A stretch of DNA of 64,000 bases from Saprospiraceae bacterium (GTDB lineage Bacteria; Bacteroidota; Bacteroidia; Chitinophagales; Saprospiraceae). The stretch spans positions 119,693 through 183,692 of the forward strand of contig JADKAE010000004.1 of NCBI GenBank assembly GCA_016715405.1. Reading direction: 5' to 3'. The translations under genes were made by a program, and so were the position numbers. This document shows positions 28,201 to 39,547 of this stretch, piece after piece. Position 1 is the first letter of the stretch. Each line of letters opens with the position of its first letter. Below the pieces are notes generated by a model that saw nothing but the letters and a program-made list of their open reading frames with translations, searched no databases and had not been told where the DNA came from.

Positions 28201-29095
28201 CGAGACCACCGGCACTACCATTTTTAGTTTTACGATAGAAGCAGATTTTGCGTTTTCGCTCAACCCCACTTCGCTCGAAGAATGCAATTCCGCAGGCAAT
28301 ACGGCTACTTATGTGCTCACTACCGGCAATGGGTTTTCAGGGCCCGCAAGTTTGACATATACGGTTACGCCTGCTAATGGACCTACCCCAAGTTTCAGCC
28401 AGGCTGCTGATAATATCAATCCGGGTGATGTGGTGACTATTATTTTTGAAAATCTCAACAACAGCGGTCCCGGCAATTATTTCTATACTTTTAGTCTGGG
28501 CAACGGCAGTAATGCAAGTGCAGGCGACGTATTGCTCGCATTGAATGCTTCGCCGGGCCTCGCTACCCTCAATTCGCCGCCCGACAATGCGCAGATAGCC
28601 ACAGCTACCCCCCAACTCCAGTGGGGTGCGGCTGTGAGGGCTGACAACTATACGGTTGAAGTATCCCGCAACGATATGTTTACGGATATCGTACAAACGG
28701 CTACGACAGGCGGGGTTGCTTTTGCGATTAATGCATTGCCCGAACCGGGTGTGTATTACTGGCGAATTTCTGCCAACAACGAGTGCGGTAGTTCACTAAC
28801 GTCGGCTTTCGACTTCAACTTCCAGCCGAACAGCGTTGAAACGCTGCAAGGACAGCGGTTGTATGTGGAGCCGAACCCGACCGGAGGTGTGGTACGAGTG
28901 CGCTTTGCGGCGCCACTTGCCGGAGAATTACAGGCAGAAGTATTCACTGCCAACGGACAGCGCCTGCAAAAACAAACCTGGCTGACCGCACCCGGGCAAT
29001 TTACTATCGACTTGGGCGAGTATTCGCCGGGGACATACCTCGTGCGCCTCACGAATCAGGAAGATAGCGTAACACAACGCACCATTAAGCAATAA
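25223..29095 (+). CDS. secreted S1-family (lysyl-endopeptidase-like) serine protease with proprotein-convertase P-domain, Fn3/Ig-like repeats and T9SS type A C-terminal domain (two compensating indels)
   Basis: Catalytic His (FMTDNHCGI), Asp (DMTLIQLDD) and Ser (TETGSSGSPLF). The Ser segment at 26201-26497 is in another frame. P-domain HTWVGDVTVQLTSPSGT...GTWTLTVSD. The C-terminal tail LYVEPNPTGGVVRVRF...GTYLVRLTNQEDSVTQRTIKQ is present. Confidence 0.85.
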
Positions 29096-29101
29096 TGCAC
29101 T

Positions 29102-29140
29102 ATGGGCCATCCGGAAGGAATATTCCGGATGGCCCATTTC
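29102..29140 (+). terminator. intrinsic terminator
   Basis: A perfect 15-bp stem atgggccatccggaa / ttccggatggcccat with loop ggaata, followed by tttc, 7 nt after the stop at 29095. Confidence 0.8.
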
Positions 29141-29179
29141 TCCGAAATTGTCGTAATTTGGGGTTGCAATAACTGACGG

Positions 29180-30234
29180 ATGCAGAAAAAAAGAAAACAA
29201 ACCAAAAAGACAGGTCTGCCGCCGGAATCACTGGTATATACCGGCAAACACAGGCACGATAATACACATTTTACATTGGTACAATACAATGGTGATAAAT
29301 TATTAAAACAAAAGACCGTCAACAATATACCCGAGGCCAAATCTGGCGAATATCTGAATTGGTACGATATCAGAGGGCTGCACCAAATAGCGCTCGTAGA
29401 GCGAATAGGCGAACAATTTAGTATGCATCCGCTTATACTCGAAGACGTCTTAAATATCGAGCAGCGCCCCAAATTTGAAGATTACGACAACGGCATTTTT
29501 CTCATTGCAGAATTTCTTTATTACGATAAAACAACCCTCGAGATAGATACCGAACAGGTGTCTATTTTTTTTGGTGAAAATTTTCTGATTTCATTCCAGG
29601 AGACCGAATCAGATCTTTTTGAAAGTGTGCGGGAAAGACTGGATACTTCTAAAGGGCGCATTCGAAAGCGGAAAACGGACTATCTCGCCTATACCCTGCT
29701 CGACGCCGTCATCGATCACTATTTTGAGATTTTGGACGACATGGAGGATTCGCTGGATTCGCTGGAATCTGAGATTCTCTATAATCCCAGTCACAATTGC
29801 AAGCAAAAGTGCACACCCTCAAGCTGAGTACCTTGTATTTGCGCAAACACGTGGCTCCGTTACGCGATGCTATTTCCCAATTTTCGCGTTCCGATTCGCC
29901 CTTTATTCAGCAAGAAACGGGTGTTTTTCTGCGCGACCTCTACGACCACGTCATACGCGTAGTGGATATGGTGGAAACCCAGCGGGATGTACTCAACGGC
30001 TTGTACGACCTTTATTTGTCGGAGATCAGCTACAAGATGAATAACGTTATGCAGGTGCTAACCGTTATAACTACTATTTTCATACCGCTAACTTTTCTTG
30101 TTGGAGTCTATGGTATGAACTTCGACAATATGCCCGAATTGCGCTGGCATTATGGCTACTACATGGTGTGGGCTATTATGCTGGGCATTACGGCTTCTCT
30201 GCTCTATGTCTTTCGGAAAAAGAAATGGCTGTAA
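29180..30234 (+). CDS. corA: magnesium/cobalt transporter CorA (one indel)
   Basis: ORFs 29180-29827 and 29797-30234 join near 29795-29798. The GMN motif (LVGVYGMNF) and two C-terminal TM helices are present. Confidence 0.9.
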
Positions 30235-30461
30235 GCAATTACGAGTGTCAAATTACGAATTGCGAATTTAATTTGTATCAGCGCATACAAAAATGTGACT
30301 ATCGATGCATGCTGTCGTCATAACTGCAAAGATTGACGATAACAACCCCTCAGCATATATTTTTCGATTATCCATATTAGATTAGGGCCATAACCCAAAC
30401 ATACAATGCGAAAACGCACATAATCCCACGAACTACATTCTTACATTTCCTTTTGTTTGAC

Positions 30462-30504
30462 AAGGGCTGTCTCTTTACCAAAGAGACAGCCCTTATGTTT
30501 TTTT
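30462..30504 (+). terminator. intrinsic terminator with plus-strand T-tract
   Basis: A 14-bp perfect stem aagggctgtctctt / aagagacagccctt is followed by atgttttttt. It lies 17 nt below the stop of the minus-strand adhesin gene and 228 nt after the corA stop. Confidence 0.75.
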
Positions 30505-30520
30505 GTGCGAGTGATAATCT

Positions 30521-33500
30521 TTATCTGATCACCGTTACATCGCCACGGTACAGCAATGTCACGTTGTCGAGGAATTTCACTTCTATCAGGTATACATACA
30601 CGCCTTGCTGCACAGGTTTCCCCCTAAACTTCCCATCCCAAAGCGGTGAACCGCCTTCGCAGATAATCGGCACATTATCAGATTGGTATACCTGATCACC
30701 CCAGCGGTCAAAGATGCGCACGTAATTTATGACCTCTACCCCCCGGCATGCAAAGATCCGGAATTCGTCATTCGGGCCGTCGCCGTTGGGCGAGAATACA
30801 TTGGGGATATATACGTTGCGGTTGGCATCCAGTTCGACAAATACATCGGCCGTGCCGGTACATCCGTTGACATCGGTGACGAGCAGGTTGTAATCCAGAC
30901 TTTCGAGTGGTCGCACAAACGGGCTTTGCACCGTGTCCGACGATAAGTAATCGGCAGGCGTCCATAGGTAGCTGTCAATGGGCAAACTGGAGAAAATCGT
31001 GGGGACTATTTGTACACTTGTATCACCCAATTCCACCACAATTTCGGTGGGCAGGCTCACCTGAATCTCAGCGGGCTGATCGATAAATAGTTCTGTTTCG
31101 ACGGTGCAACCCAGCGAGTCTTGAACGATCACCACGTGATTGCCGGCGAAAATCGTGGCAGGTTGGTTGGCCGGAAAATTAAGCCCATTGAAGTCGAGCT
31201 CGTAAGTGTAATCATCCAGCGATTGGCCGCCACCGCCATACACCGTATCAATGACGATCAGCGTGGGATCGCCAAAACAAAGCGGCGGCAAGGTGGGTTC
31301 CAACACGACCGTAATGGGCGTGGGCTCACCAATCGTAAAGCTCAACGAATCCTGGCATCCTTTGATATCCGTGATCGTTACGGAGTATACGCCGGCAGTC
31401 AGGTTGTTGGCAATATTGGCAGTGGCAGGCGCTACGCCACCCGACCAGGTGTAAGGCGCCGGCCCTACAGGGTTGATGTTGTCATTTACATTATACACCA
31501 CCGCAATCACGCCGTCGGCGCTGCCGTTACAGGATACAGTGGGTGTCGAGATATTGGGGTCGAGGGTAAGTATAAGCGCATCGGGCTGGCTGAGCTGTAC
31601 GATTTGCTCTTTGCTACATCCGTTTGCATCAGTTATTACCGCGGTATATACACCTGCATTGAGGTTGTTAATAGTCGGAGTCACTTGCCCGCCTGGCGTC
31701 CATAAGTAAGAATACGGTCCGGTGCCGCCGGAAGGAACGAGCGAGATAGAGCCATCGGAGAGGCCGTTGCAACTCACCGGTTCCTGGTCTACGGCAATAT
31801 TGATATTCGGAGGGGTGGGTACGATAAAGACCGTGTCAATGCCGCACACGCCGTCGTTGACGGTAAGTTGTTGAGGCCCGCGGCACAATTGCGTCGCACT
31901 GGCACTGGGTACATTGACGGTGGCTTCACCGGAAGACCAGATGAAATTAAAAGTCCTGCGCTCCCATCGCTATAGATGGCGGTCGCCGTGGCCTGTCCGT
32001 CGCAGGTTACATCATCGGGGCAACTCACCGGCGCTAAGGCCGTAAAGGATACATTAATCGACGGCGGGTCGGGCAGGGTAACCTGCAGGGGCAGCGGCGT
32101 ACAGTTGTTGGCGTCGATGACCGTCACGCCGTAATTGCCGGCAGCAAGGCCCGCAATTGGGTTTATCGTGGTCACCTGGCCCGGGTTAGTTGACCAGATA
32201 TAGTTATACGGCCCTGTGCCGCCGCTGACAAATACGGTGATCTGCCCGTTGGCATCGCCAGGGCAGGTGGGCAATTGCAGCGAAAAACTATCGAGACTGA
32301 GCGGCGCCGGGGAAGTTACCATGGCCGTATCAATAGCCTGGCAGCCATCTTCGGCGGTCACGGTTACGATGTACGTGCCGGGGCACAAACTTACGATATT
32401 GGGGCCTACTGCCATGTTGCTCCAGGCATAACCCGCAATTGGCGCACCGCCGGCAACGGCTGTTACACTCAGCATACCGTCGCAGTTGCTGGCACAACTC
32501 ACGGCATCGTCATTGAGTTGGGTAATGTTGGGAGGCGTAGGGGCAAGAACTGTCGCGCTAAGGGTATCTGTACAACCGTTGGCGTCAGTAACGGTAAGGC
32601 TATAGCTGCCTTGCGCAAGATTGCCGGCGATAGAATCCTGTAAGGCGCCATCATGTGCCCAATTATAGTCGTAAGGAAAGGTACCGCCTGTTACGCCCGC
32701 CGCGATAAGGCCGTCATTGCCTACTACGCACGACTCGTTGACCAACTCCAGAATGGTGACGTCGAGAGGCTGAGGCTCTGCTACTACAAAAGTGTCGAGG
32801 AGTTGACAAGCCGCCGTGCTGGCGTCGGTCATCGTCAAAAAATAAGTGCCGGCGCAGAGCCCGGTCAGCAAGCTGGTCGTATTTGAATTGACAGGCGGAT
32901 TGCCCGTGCTATTCCATGTAAACGTGTAAGGCAGGTCGGCCGGCGCTCCGCTGGTGGAGCCGGTTACAAAAATTTGCCCATCACAGGCGGCGTTGCAATT
33001 GACATTGTCAATAACGGGAGTAACCGTAAGCGTTTTTACAGCGCCTACCGTGAAACAGGTGTTGAATGTACAGTTGTTGTCATCTGTTACGGTTACACAA
33101 TAGGAGCCGGGGAGGAGGTCGGTTACGGTAGCCGTGGTGGCATTCAGCGTACCTAATCCGTTATCCCACGTGAAAGTATACACGCCGCCCGCAGCCGTAC
33201 CGCCGCTGGCAGTAACCGTAATGCTGCCGTCTTCGGCGCCGGTACAGGAAGCATTGGTGATGAACGTATTATTGGGCAATATCGTAAGCGCTGCCGGTTG
33301 CGAAAGCGTAACACTGGCCGTAGCTTCACAGCCCAATGGATCGGTAACTGTTACGGCATAAAATCCGGAGGGAATATTAGACAGGGTTGAAGTATCCTCG
33401 GTTGTTGTATTCCAGGTGAATGAATAACCGGTACTTGGACCGGACTGCACCACGCCGTCCAGCACGATCTGGGCTTGAACTGAGCCGTCGCTTTCCCCAA

Positions 33501-35142
33501 AACAAGAGGGCCTCTGGAACAATGGCTCTACGCCAAGTTGGGGCGCGGCAAAAATCTGTATGGTATCCATTACCACAATAGGGGGTATGCTTGAATCGGT
33601 GACGGTTACCTGGTATACTCCGGCAGGCAGGTTGTTTACTGTAGACATTCCCCCTTCGTTGGCAATTACTACGGGGCCGTTATTGGGTCCTGCCGTCGGT
33701 ACCGTATTCCAGGAATACTGGTATGGCGCCATCCCGCTGGCTACTGTAAGCGTAAAGGCGCCGTCAGAACCACCGGCACAAGTCACGCTGTCTTGTTCGA
33801 TCAGCAAAAACAAAGGCAAAGCGGATATATTGATGACGCCATTGCGGATGATCACCCCAAAAGGCACGGGTTCGGGGGTGCTGGGGTCACCTACTTCAAT
33901 GGGGGTAGGTGAATTGGTGATGGTAATATCGCTGCTTTCACCCAAGGTACCGATCACGTTGAAGCAGATCTGGAATAGCGACGAGCCGTCGAGCAAGGTC
34001 ACTCCGCCAAAACTGGCATCGATCCACGACATCGTGAGGGTGCCGCTGCCGGCGCCATAAGGCAACGCAAATATACCTGCGCTCAAATCGGGCATATTGG
34101 GGTTAAAAGTCTGTACACCAGTATATTGGAGAACCGTAGAATCCCAAGAAATCGACCATTGAATGGACCCCACGTTGACAAAATCCTCCACCAGCACATC
34201 TGCGCATACATTATCGCCGGGAAGCGCATTTTCCAGCGGTAACTGGAACGAAACGGCCTGGCAGGCATTCATGTTTACGTTAAACGAGGCGCCACAGCTT
34301 TTGCCGTCTTCTATGGTGATGATATAGTTGCCGGGACGGGGTACATAAAAGTCGAGCGTTTCTCCATGGCTGGGCGAACCTGTCATCAGGGTGCCTTTGA
34401 TGCTGGGATCGCTGGCAAACGAGATGTCTACCGAGTAAAATGAATTGGTATTAAATTCTGGCAGGCCGCCCTGCACGGTGAAAGAACCCAGGCATCCTGT
34501 GGCTCCGGTATTGGGGTTGATATTGGTTGTTGTAATCGCGTTGAGGTATACCACGGCAAACTGCTCGGCAGTATTCACATTGACGCAGGGGCCGGCGGGG
34601 TTGCCCTCAAATTCGGCGTTGGGGAAATTGAGGCGGTCGTAGGTAATGGGGGCGAACCACAGCAATATGGGCGCGCCGGCATTGAAGAAATTTTGCAATA
34701 CCCCACCGTTGAAGAATGTGGCGTCGCCATTGGTGCCGTTGCGGGTAAATACATAAATACCTCCTGCCGGTGGCGGGTTGTTGGCTACACAGGGGTCAGC
34801 AATGATATTGCCCAAGGTAGGCCCGGTTACCGTTGGCGGGCACTCATAAAAAGCGTAGCCCACCCCGGCAGGCGTGGCAGGCACGGGGTCGCCGCTGAGG
34901 TCCATATCGCCGTTGTGCTCCAGCCTTATAGAGTCGCCAAAACAGAGGTACAGCGTATCCGGCGTCACATCGTTGCTTTGTCCAAAATGCTGCCCGAATT
35001 CGAAAGTGCCGGCAGAATTGCACATCATGCGGGCTTTTGCAGCATCGCGAGCCGCCTGGCCATTATACAAAATTACATCAGGCGTTTGTGCCTGCATTTG
35101 CCAGGCGCCCAACAACAACAGGAGAATGAAAAATTTCTTCAT
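30521..35142 (-). CDS. giant T9SS adhesin: N-terminal region with cohesin-like module, many SprB-type repeats, T9SS type B (gliding-motility-associated) C-terminal domain (one indel)
   Basis: Signal peptide MKKFFILLLLLGAWQMQAQ, with more than 12 repeats of the C.G..DG.I.v...GG..PY.Y.W pattern. The C-terminus is YIPNVFSPNGDGPNDEFRIF...WDGKFRGKPVQQGVYVYLIEV. ORFs 31789-35142 and 30521-31888 join if CC at 31955-31956 is CCC. Confidence 0.85.
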
Positions 35143-35473
35143 CGTAGAAGTTTATGGTAAATAGTTTGTGGGACTTTCTGCTGCCCAATCCGCAGCTTTC
35201 GCGGCCGGACCAGCGGGCACAAAAATAGCCAAGTAAACTCGTATCGCCAATGAAACGCTTAAATGCATTCGCGCTAATTACTCCGATACGGTATTTTATG
35301 CCCTATCCCGGCAGAATTTTTGCTCAACTCAGAAACCGGCGTGCGGTATATCAACGTCAGGATACCCCCGGGCAGTATCCCAATGGGCAAAACTATTTTG
35401 TTAAATGACAGGCAAATCCAGCCATTTTTTTAGCTTTTTACTGATCTTTCAGCCGCGCAAATATTACAACTTC

Positions 35474-36208
35474 ATGAGAAAAACTCGCAAAGCCATCTTA
35501 TCAGACAACGATCAATTCCTCGAAGGGCCCAAAAGCCGTACGACCGAACTCGTTTTTGTGTTGAGAGTAATTTTTCAATTTATTAAGGGCTTTCGCAAAC
35601 TTCACTTCGTGGGGCCCTGCATTACGGTATTCGGGTCGGCCCGTTTCCCCGATGGCCACCCCTACTACGAAAAAGCCCGGGAAGTGGGCAAAGCTATCTC
35701 TCAAATGGGTTTTACGGTTATGACCGGCGGCGGACCCGGTATTATGGAGGCCGCCAACCGCGGCGCGTTCGAAGCCGGCGGTCGCTCCGTAGGCTGCAAT
35801 ATCACGCTGCCCTTCGAACAAACCCCCAACCCCTATATGCATGAATGGCTCGAAATCAGGTATTTTTTTATCAGAAAAGTACTCCTGCTCAAGTATTCCT
35901 ACGCCTTTGTGGTGCTGCCCGGCGGCTGGGGCACGATGGACGAAATGTTTGAAACCCTCACTTTGGTTCAAACCGGCGTGATTCATAATTTCCCCGTGGT
36001 GCTCATCGGCACTGACTATTACAACCCACTAATGGAATACCTCGAGTTTATGGTGGAACAAAAAACGATTTCTCCCAATGACCTCCACCTGATCAAACTC
36101 ACCGACGATATCGACGAAGCAACCGCCCATATCGATAAGTTTATTACCCAAAATTACAAGGTGAAAGAACGGAAAAATCAGCTGTGGTGGCTGCTGGAGC
36201 GCCCGTGA
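35474..36208 (+). CDS. LOG family / TIGR00730 Rossmann-fold nucleotide-binding protein
   Basis: Motifs GGGPGIMEAANRGA and PGGWGTMDE. The start is placed at MRKTRKAIL (ATG 35474). Confidence 0.85.
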   Translation: MRKTRKAILSDNDQFLEGPKSRTTELVFVLRVIFQFIKGFRKLHFVGPCITVFGSARFPDGHPYYEKAREVGKAISQMGFTVMTGGGPGIMEAANRGAFEAGGRSVGCNITLPFEQTPNPYMHEWLEIRYFFIRKVLLLKYSYAFVVLPGGWGTMDEMFETLTLVQTGVIHNFPVVLIGTDYYNPLMEYLEFMVEQKTISPNDLHLIKLTDDIDEATAHIDKFITQNYKVKERKNQLWWLLERP

Positions 36209-36315
36209 GCCGGCACCAAGCAGCTAATTGCTAAGACCTAACCGCTAAGCCCTAATATGCAACCCCCACCAATTCCTAGTGTCCTTCGTATTATCACCAA
36301 AAAATAAATTGGCTT

Positions 36316-37446
36316 ATGAAGGATGTTACGCTCCGCACACTAATCTTGCCCGCACTCTGCTGTGCACTGTGCACTACAGCGCTTCCTGCGCAGGAAAACA
36401 ATACGCAACAGGAAAAAGAACAAGTCATTATCTTACGCGAAAACGGACTGAAACCACACCCCGGTAAGGAGACTGTTACTTTTTATCGCTTCTCGCAAAC
36501 CGATGAAGTACAACGCGTGATACTCGGTATTTATCCCGGTGAAAAAGGCGACGACCCCGGTTTGGCAGTCAGCGAACTAGTTGACGGCGGAGGCGCCGCC
36601 GAAGCCGGCATCCTCGCCGGCGACAGGATTTTGGAGGTGGATAGCAAAAAGATTTCAGATGCCGAAGACCTGCGCTATGCCCTCTCCAGCCATAAAGCCG
36701 GCGACGAGGTGCGGGTGTTGTATCTGCGCGGCGACCAGAGTCATTCAGCAGTAGTCAACCTAACAGCCCCCCGTCAGGCCCACGACTACAAGTGGCGCTG
36801 GCGCGAGGAACGCGACCCCTGTAAAGTATTTATAGGCGTTTATACGCATACCTGGAAGGAAGGCGCCGGCGTAAAAGTAGACGGCGTGATAGGCGGTACT
36901 TCGGCCGACGTTGCAGGCCTGCAGGAAAGCGATGTGATCCTGGCGCTCGACGATGTAACCGTGGGCACACATGAAGAATTGGTGCGCGAGCGCGACAAAC
37001 ACAAGGCCGGTGACTTTTATACGCTCACTATACGTCGAGGGGAACTCACTTTTGAAGTGGATGCGCAATTTAAAGAATGCCCAACCAACACAAAAGAAAC
37101 GGTTGCTACCACTCCGGAACCCGCTATAGACGTACCGGTAATACCGGCTCAACAGCAGCCCACTTTGAACAATGCCGAGCCGCTACAACTCGAGCAGTGG
37201 AAGGCATTCCCCAACCCGACTCACGGACAAATCAACGTGCGCTTCCAGGCCGAACCGTCGCCTACCAGCTTGCATGTTACCGATAGCTACGGCCGGGTGG
37301 TATACCGCGAACAACTCAATAATTTCGATGGCAATTTCGACCGCCAGCTCAACCTCGGCGGCGCCACCCCCGGTATCTATACGCTAAGTGTAACACAAGG
37401 CGACAAAGTGTTTACTGAGAAAATTGTGTTGTTGCCCAAAGCTTAA
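36316..37446 (+). CDS. secreted tandem-PDZ protein with T9SS type A C-terminal domain
   Basis: Signal peptide, two PDZ-like segments (GGAAEAGILAGDRILEVD; TSADVAGLQESDVILALDD), and a C-terminal tail FPNPTHGQINVRF...GIYTLSVTQGDKVFTEKIVL. Confidence 0.75.
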   Translation: MKDVTLRTLILPALCCALCTTALPAQENNTQQEKEQVIILRENGLKPHPGKETVTFYRFSQTDEVQRVILGIYPGEKGDDPGLAVSELVDGGGAAEAGILAGDRILEVDSKKISDAEDLRYALSSHKAGDEVRVLYLRGDQSHSAVVNLTAPRQAHDYKWRWREERDPCKVFIGVYTHTWKEGAGVKVDGVIGGTSADVAGLQESDVILALDDVTVGTHEELVRERDKHKAGDFYTLTIRRGELTFEVDAQFKECPTNTKETVATTPEPAIDVPVIPAQQQPTLNNAEPLQLEQWKAFPNPTHGQINVRFQAEPSPTSLHVTDSYGRVVYREQLNNFDGNFDRQLNLGGATPGIYTLSVTQGDKVFTEKIVLLPKA

Positions 37447-37455
37447 TCGTTGTGA

Positions 37456-37500
37456 GTTGTGGGTTGTCGGTTCTGAGTTCTGGTACCGACAACCCATAAC
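37456..37500. terminator. hairpin (GTTGTCGG type)
   Basis: gttgtgggttgtcggt / accgacaacccataac forms 16 bp with 1 mismatch and a 13-nt loop, 10 nt after the stop at 37446. Confidence 0.65.
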
Positions 37501-37506
37501 TCTCCC

Positions 37507-37551
37507 TCACCCTGTCACCCTGTCACCGTGTCACCGTGTCACCGTGTCACC
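37507..37551. repeat. 8-nt tandem repeat (TCACC[CG]TG) x5.5
   Basis: tcaccctg tcaccctg tcaccgtg tcaccgtg tcaccgtg tcacc, with strict 8-nt period. Confidence 0.9.
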
Positions 37552-37850
37552 TCCATGTTATTTTTTCTTCCCACAACAATTTTTTGCCCATATTTGCATT
37601 GTTGAAATAATGTGCCATTGCACAATCTATTTCGCCTTAATGCCGATAGTTTCTTACACTTGAAGAAGCGCCAAACCCGGAAGACATCCCGGTTGGCCAG
37701 GCAAACAATCGTCATCCCACCCCTTCGGTCTGGCTTTTGCGACCTTTTCTGAGAAGACTTACACAGGAGGCTACAGTTGTGATCGACTGAAGCGCAGGGC
37801 AGGCGTATGTGCGCTACCTGTCGCCATGAACATATTTTTGTTGGAACAAC

Positions 37851-39516
37851 ATGCCAAATACTGCTTGGATGAAAAGGGTAAACTACACACTGCTAGCTGT
37901 ATGGCTTCTCCCATGTATGTTATCAGCGCAGCCCAAATGGGAATGGGCTTTATTGGGCGGAGGCGCCAACTACCTGGGCGATCTGGTGGAAAAGGAACTA
38001 CCGGTTTGGGAAGAAACGCAGCCTGCTGCCGGCATTTATGCCAGTCATTTTCTGGGTTATCGCTGGGCTATTCGCACCAGCGCTTTTTACGGTCAGTTTA
38101 GCGGCAACGACGATAATTTTTCTCAGGAAATATTTAGCCTCGAACGCAACTTTCGATTCCGGTCTTACGTAGCAGAACTCGGCGTGTGTGTAGTATGGGA
38201 GCCTTTTGGCAAGGCTCGCTATCCTGCCGGAGGAGGTTATCGCCGTATCGTTTCTCCATATGGGTTTGTAGGAGGGGCAGCGTCGTATATTGATGCCAAA
38301 CCCGATTTTTCAGCGACACAACGCGAAGTGTGGTTCGATAAGACACAGCAGGACATGCAGGCCGGACTTTCCGGTGTGCGCTGGGCAATCCCTATAGGCG
38401 GAGGCTTGAAATTCGATGTAGGCAAACGAACTTCTATTAACCTGGAATTGGGCGTGCGCAAGGTCTTTTCCGATCGGGTTGACGGGGTTAGCTTTTCCGG
38501 TAATCCCGACCAGGACGATTGGTACCTCTTTGGCATGATGGGCCTTTCTAAACGGTTTGGGGAATACGATACCGACCGCGACGGCATTGTGGATAAAAAA
38601 GACGCCTGCCCGCAGGTTTTTGGCGTTTTGTCGGCCGGCGGCTGCCCCGACGAAGACGGCGACGGCGTGGAAGACCTCGAAGATGCCTGCCCCACTGAGG
38701 TAGGCCTCCTCGAATTAGGCGGTTGCCCCGATGCCGATGGCGACGGCATCATCGATAAACTGGACGCCTGCCCTGCTGAAAGCGGCCCGGCCAAACTCAA
38801 GGGTTGCCCCGATACCGATGGCGACGGCATTGCCGACAAGCAGGACGCCTGTCCGCTCGAAGCCGGCCCTGCGCTTCGCAAAGGCTGCCCCGACCCCGAT
38901 AGCGACGCCGACGGCATCGTTGACCGCCTCGACCACTGCCCCGGCGAAGCCGGCTGGGCCCTCCTGCAACGGATGCCCCTTTGCCGACCGCGATGGCGAC
39001 GGCGTAGCCGATGCCGATGATGTTTGCCCCGATACACGGGGGTACATCGGACTAAAAGGCTGCCTCGATGCCGACAAGGACCGTATCATCGACCCCCTCG
39101 ATAAATGCCCCGATTTAGCCGGCATTGCAGCCAATAACGGCTGCCCCCCCCTGCCGGAGAAAGCTAAGAAGGTTTTGATTACCGCCATGCGGAGCGTACA
39201 GTTTGAAACGGGTAGCGCCGTGATTAAAAAACAGTCTTACACAATTCTAAATCAAGTGGCAGATGTGATTTTAACGTACGATTATTATAAATTGAGCATT
39301 GAAGGGCATACCGATAGCCGCGGCAATGACAAAGCCAACAAAAAACTGTCGGAAAGCAGGGCCGCCGCCTGCCTCAAATACCTGGCAAAAAAAGGTGTTG
39401 CACCCGAAAGAATGCGCGCTGCCGGCTGGGGAGAATCTAAGCCTGTCGCTACTAACAAAACCGACAAAGGAAGGCGCCTGAACCGACGGGTAGAATTTAG
39501 ACTTTATCTGGAATAA
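37851..39516 (+). CDS. OmpA-family protein: DUF6089-like beta-barrel, thrombospondin type 3 repeats, OmpA C-terminal domain (one indel)
   Basis: The N-terminus is QPKWEWALLGGGANYLGDL.... There are about 8 repeats of D.DGDG..D..D.CP..G, and a C-terminal OmpA domain (LSIEGHTDSRGNDKANKKLSESRA...NRRVEF). ORFs 37851-39020 and 38731-39516 join at an extra T near 38955. The start may be 37869. Confidence 0.85.
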
Positions 39517-39547
39517 CCATATTTTTTTACACCTCAACCCATATCAC

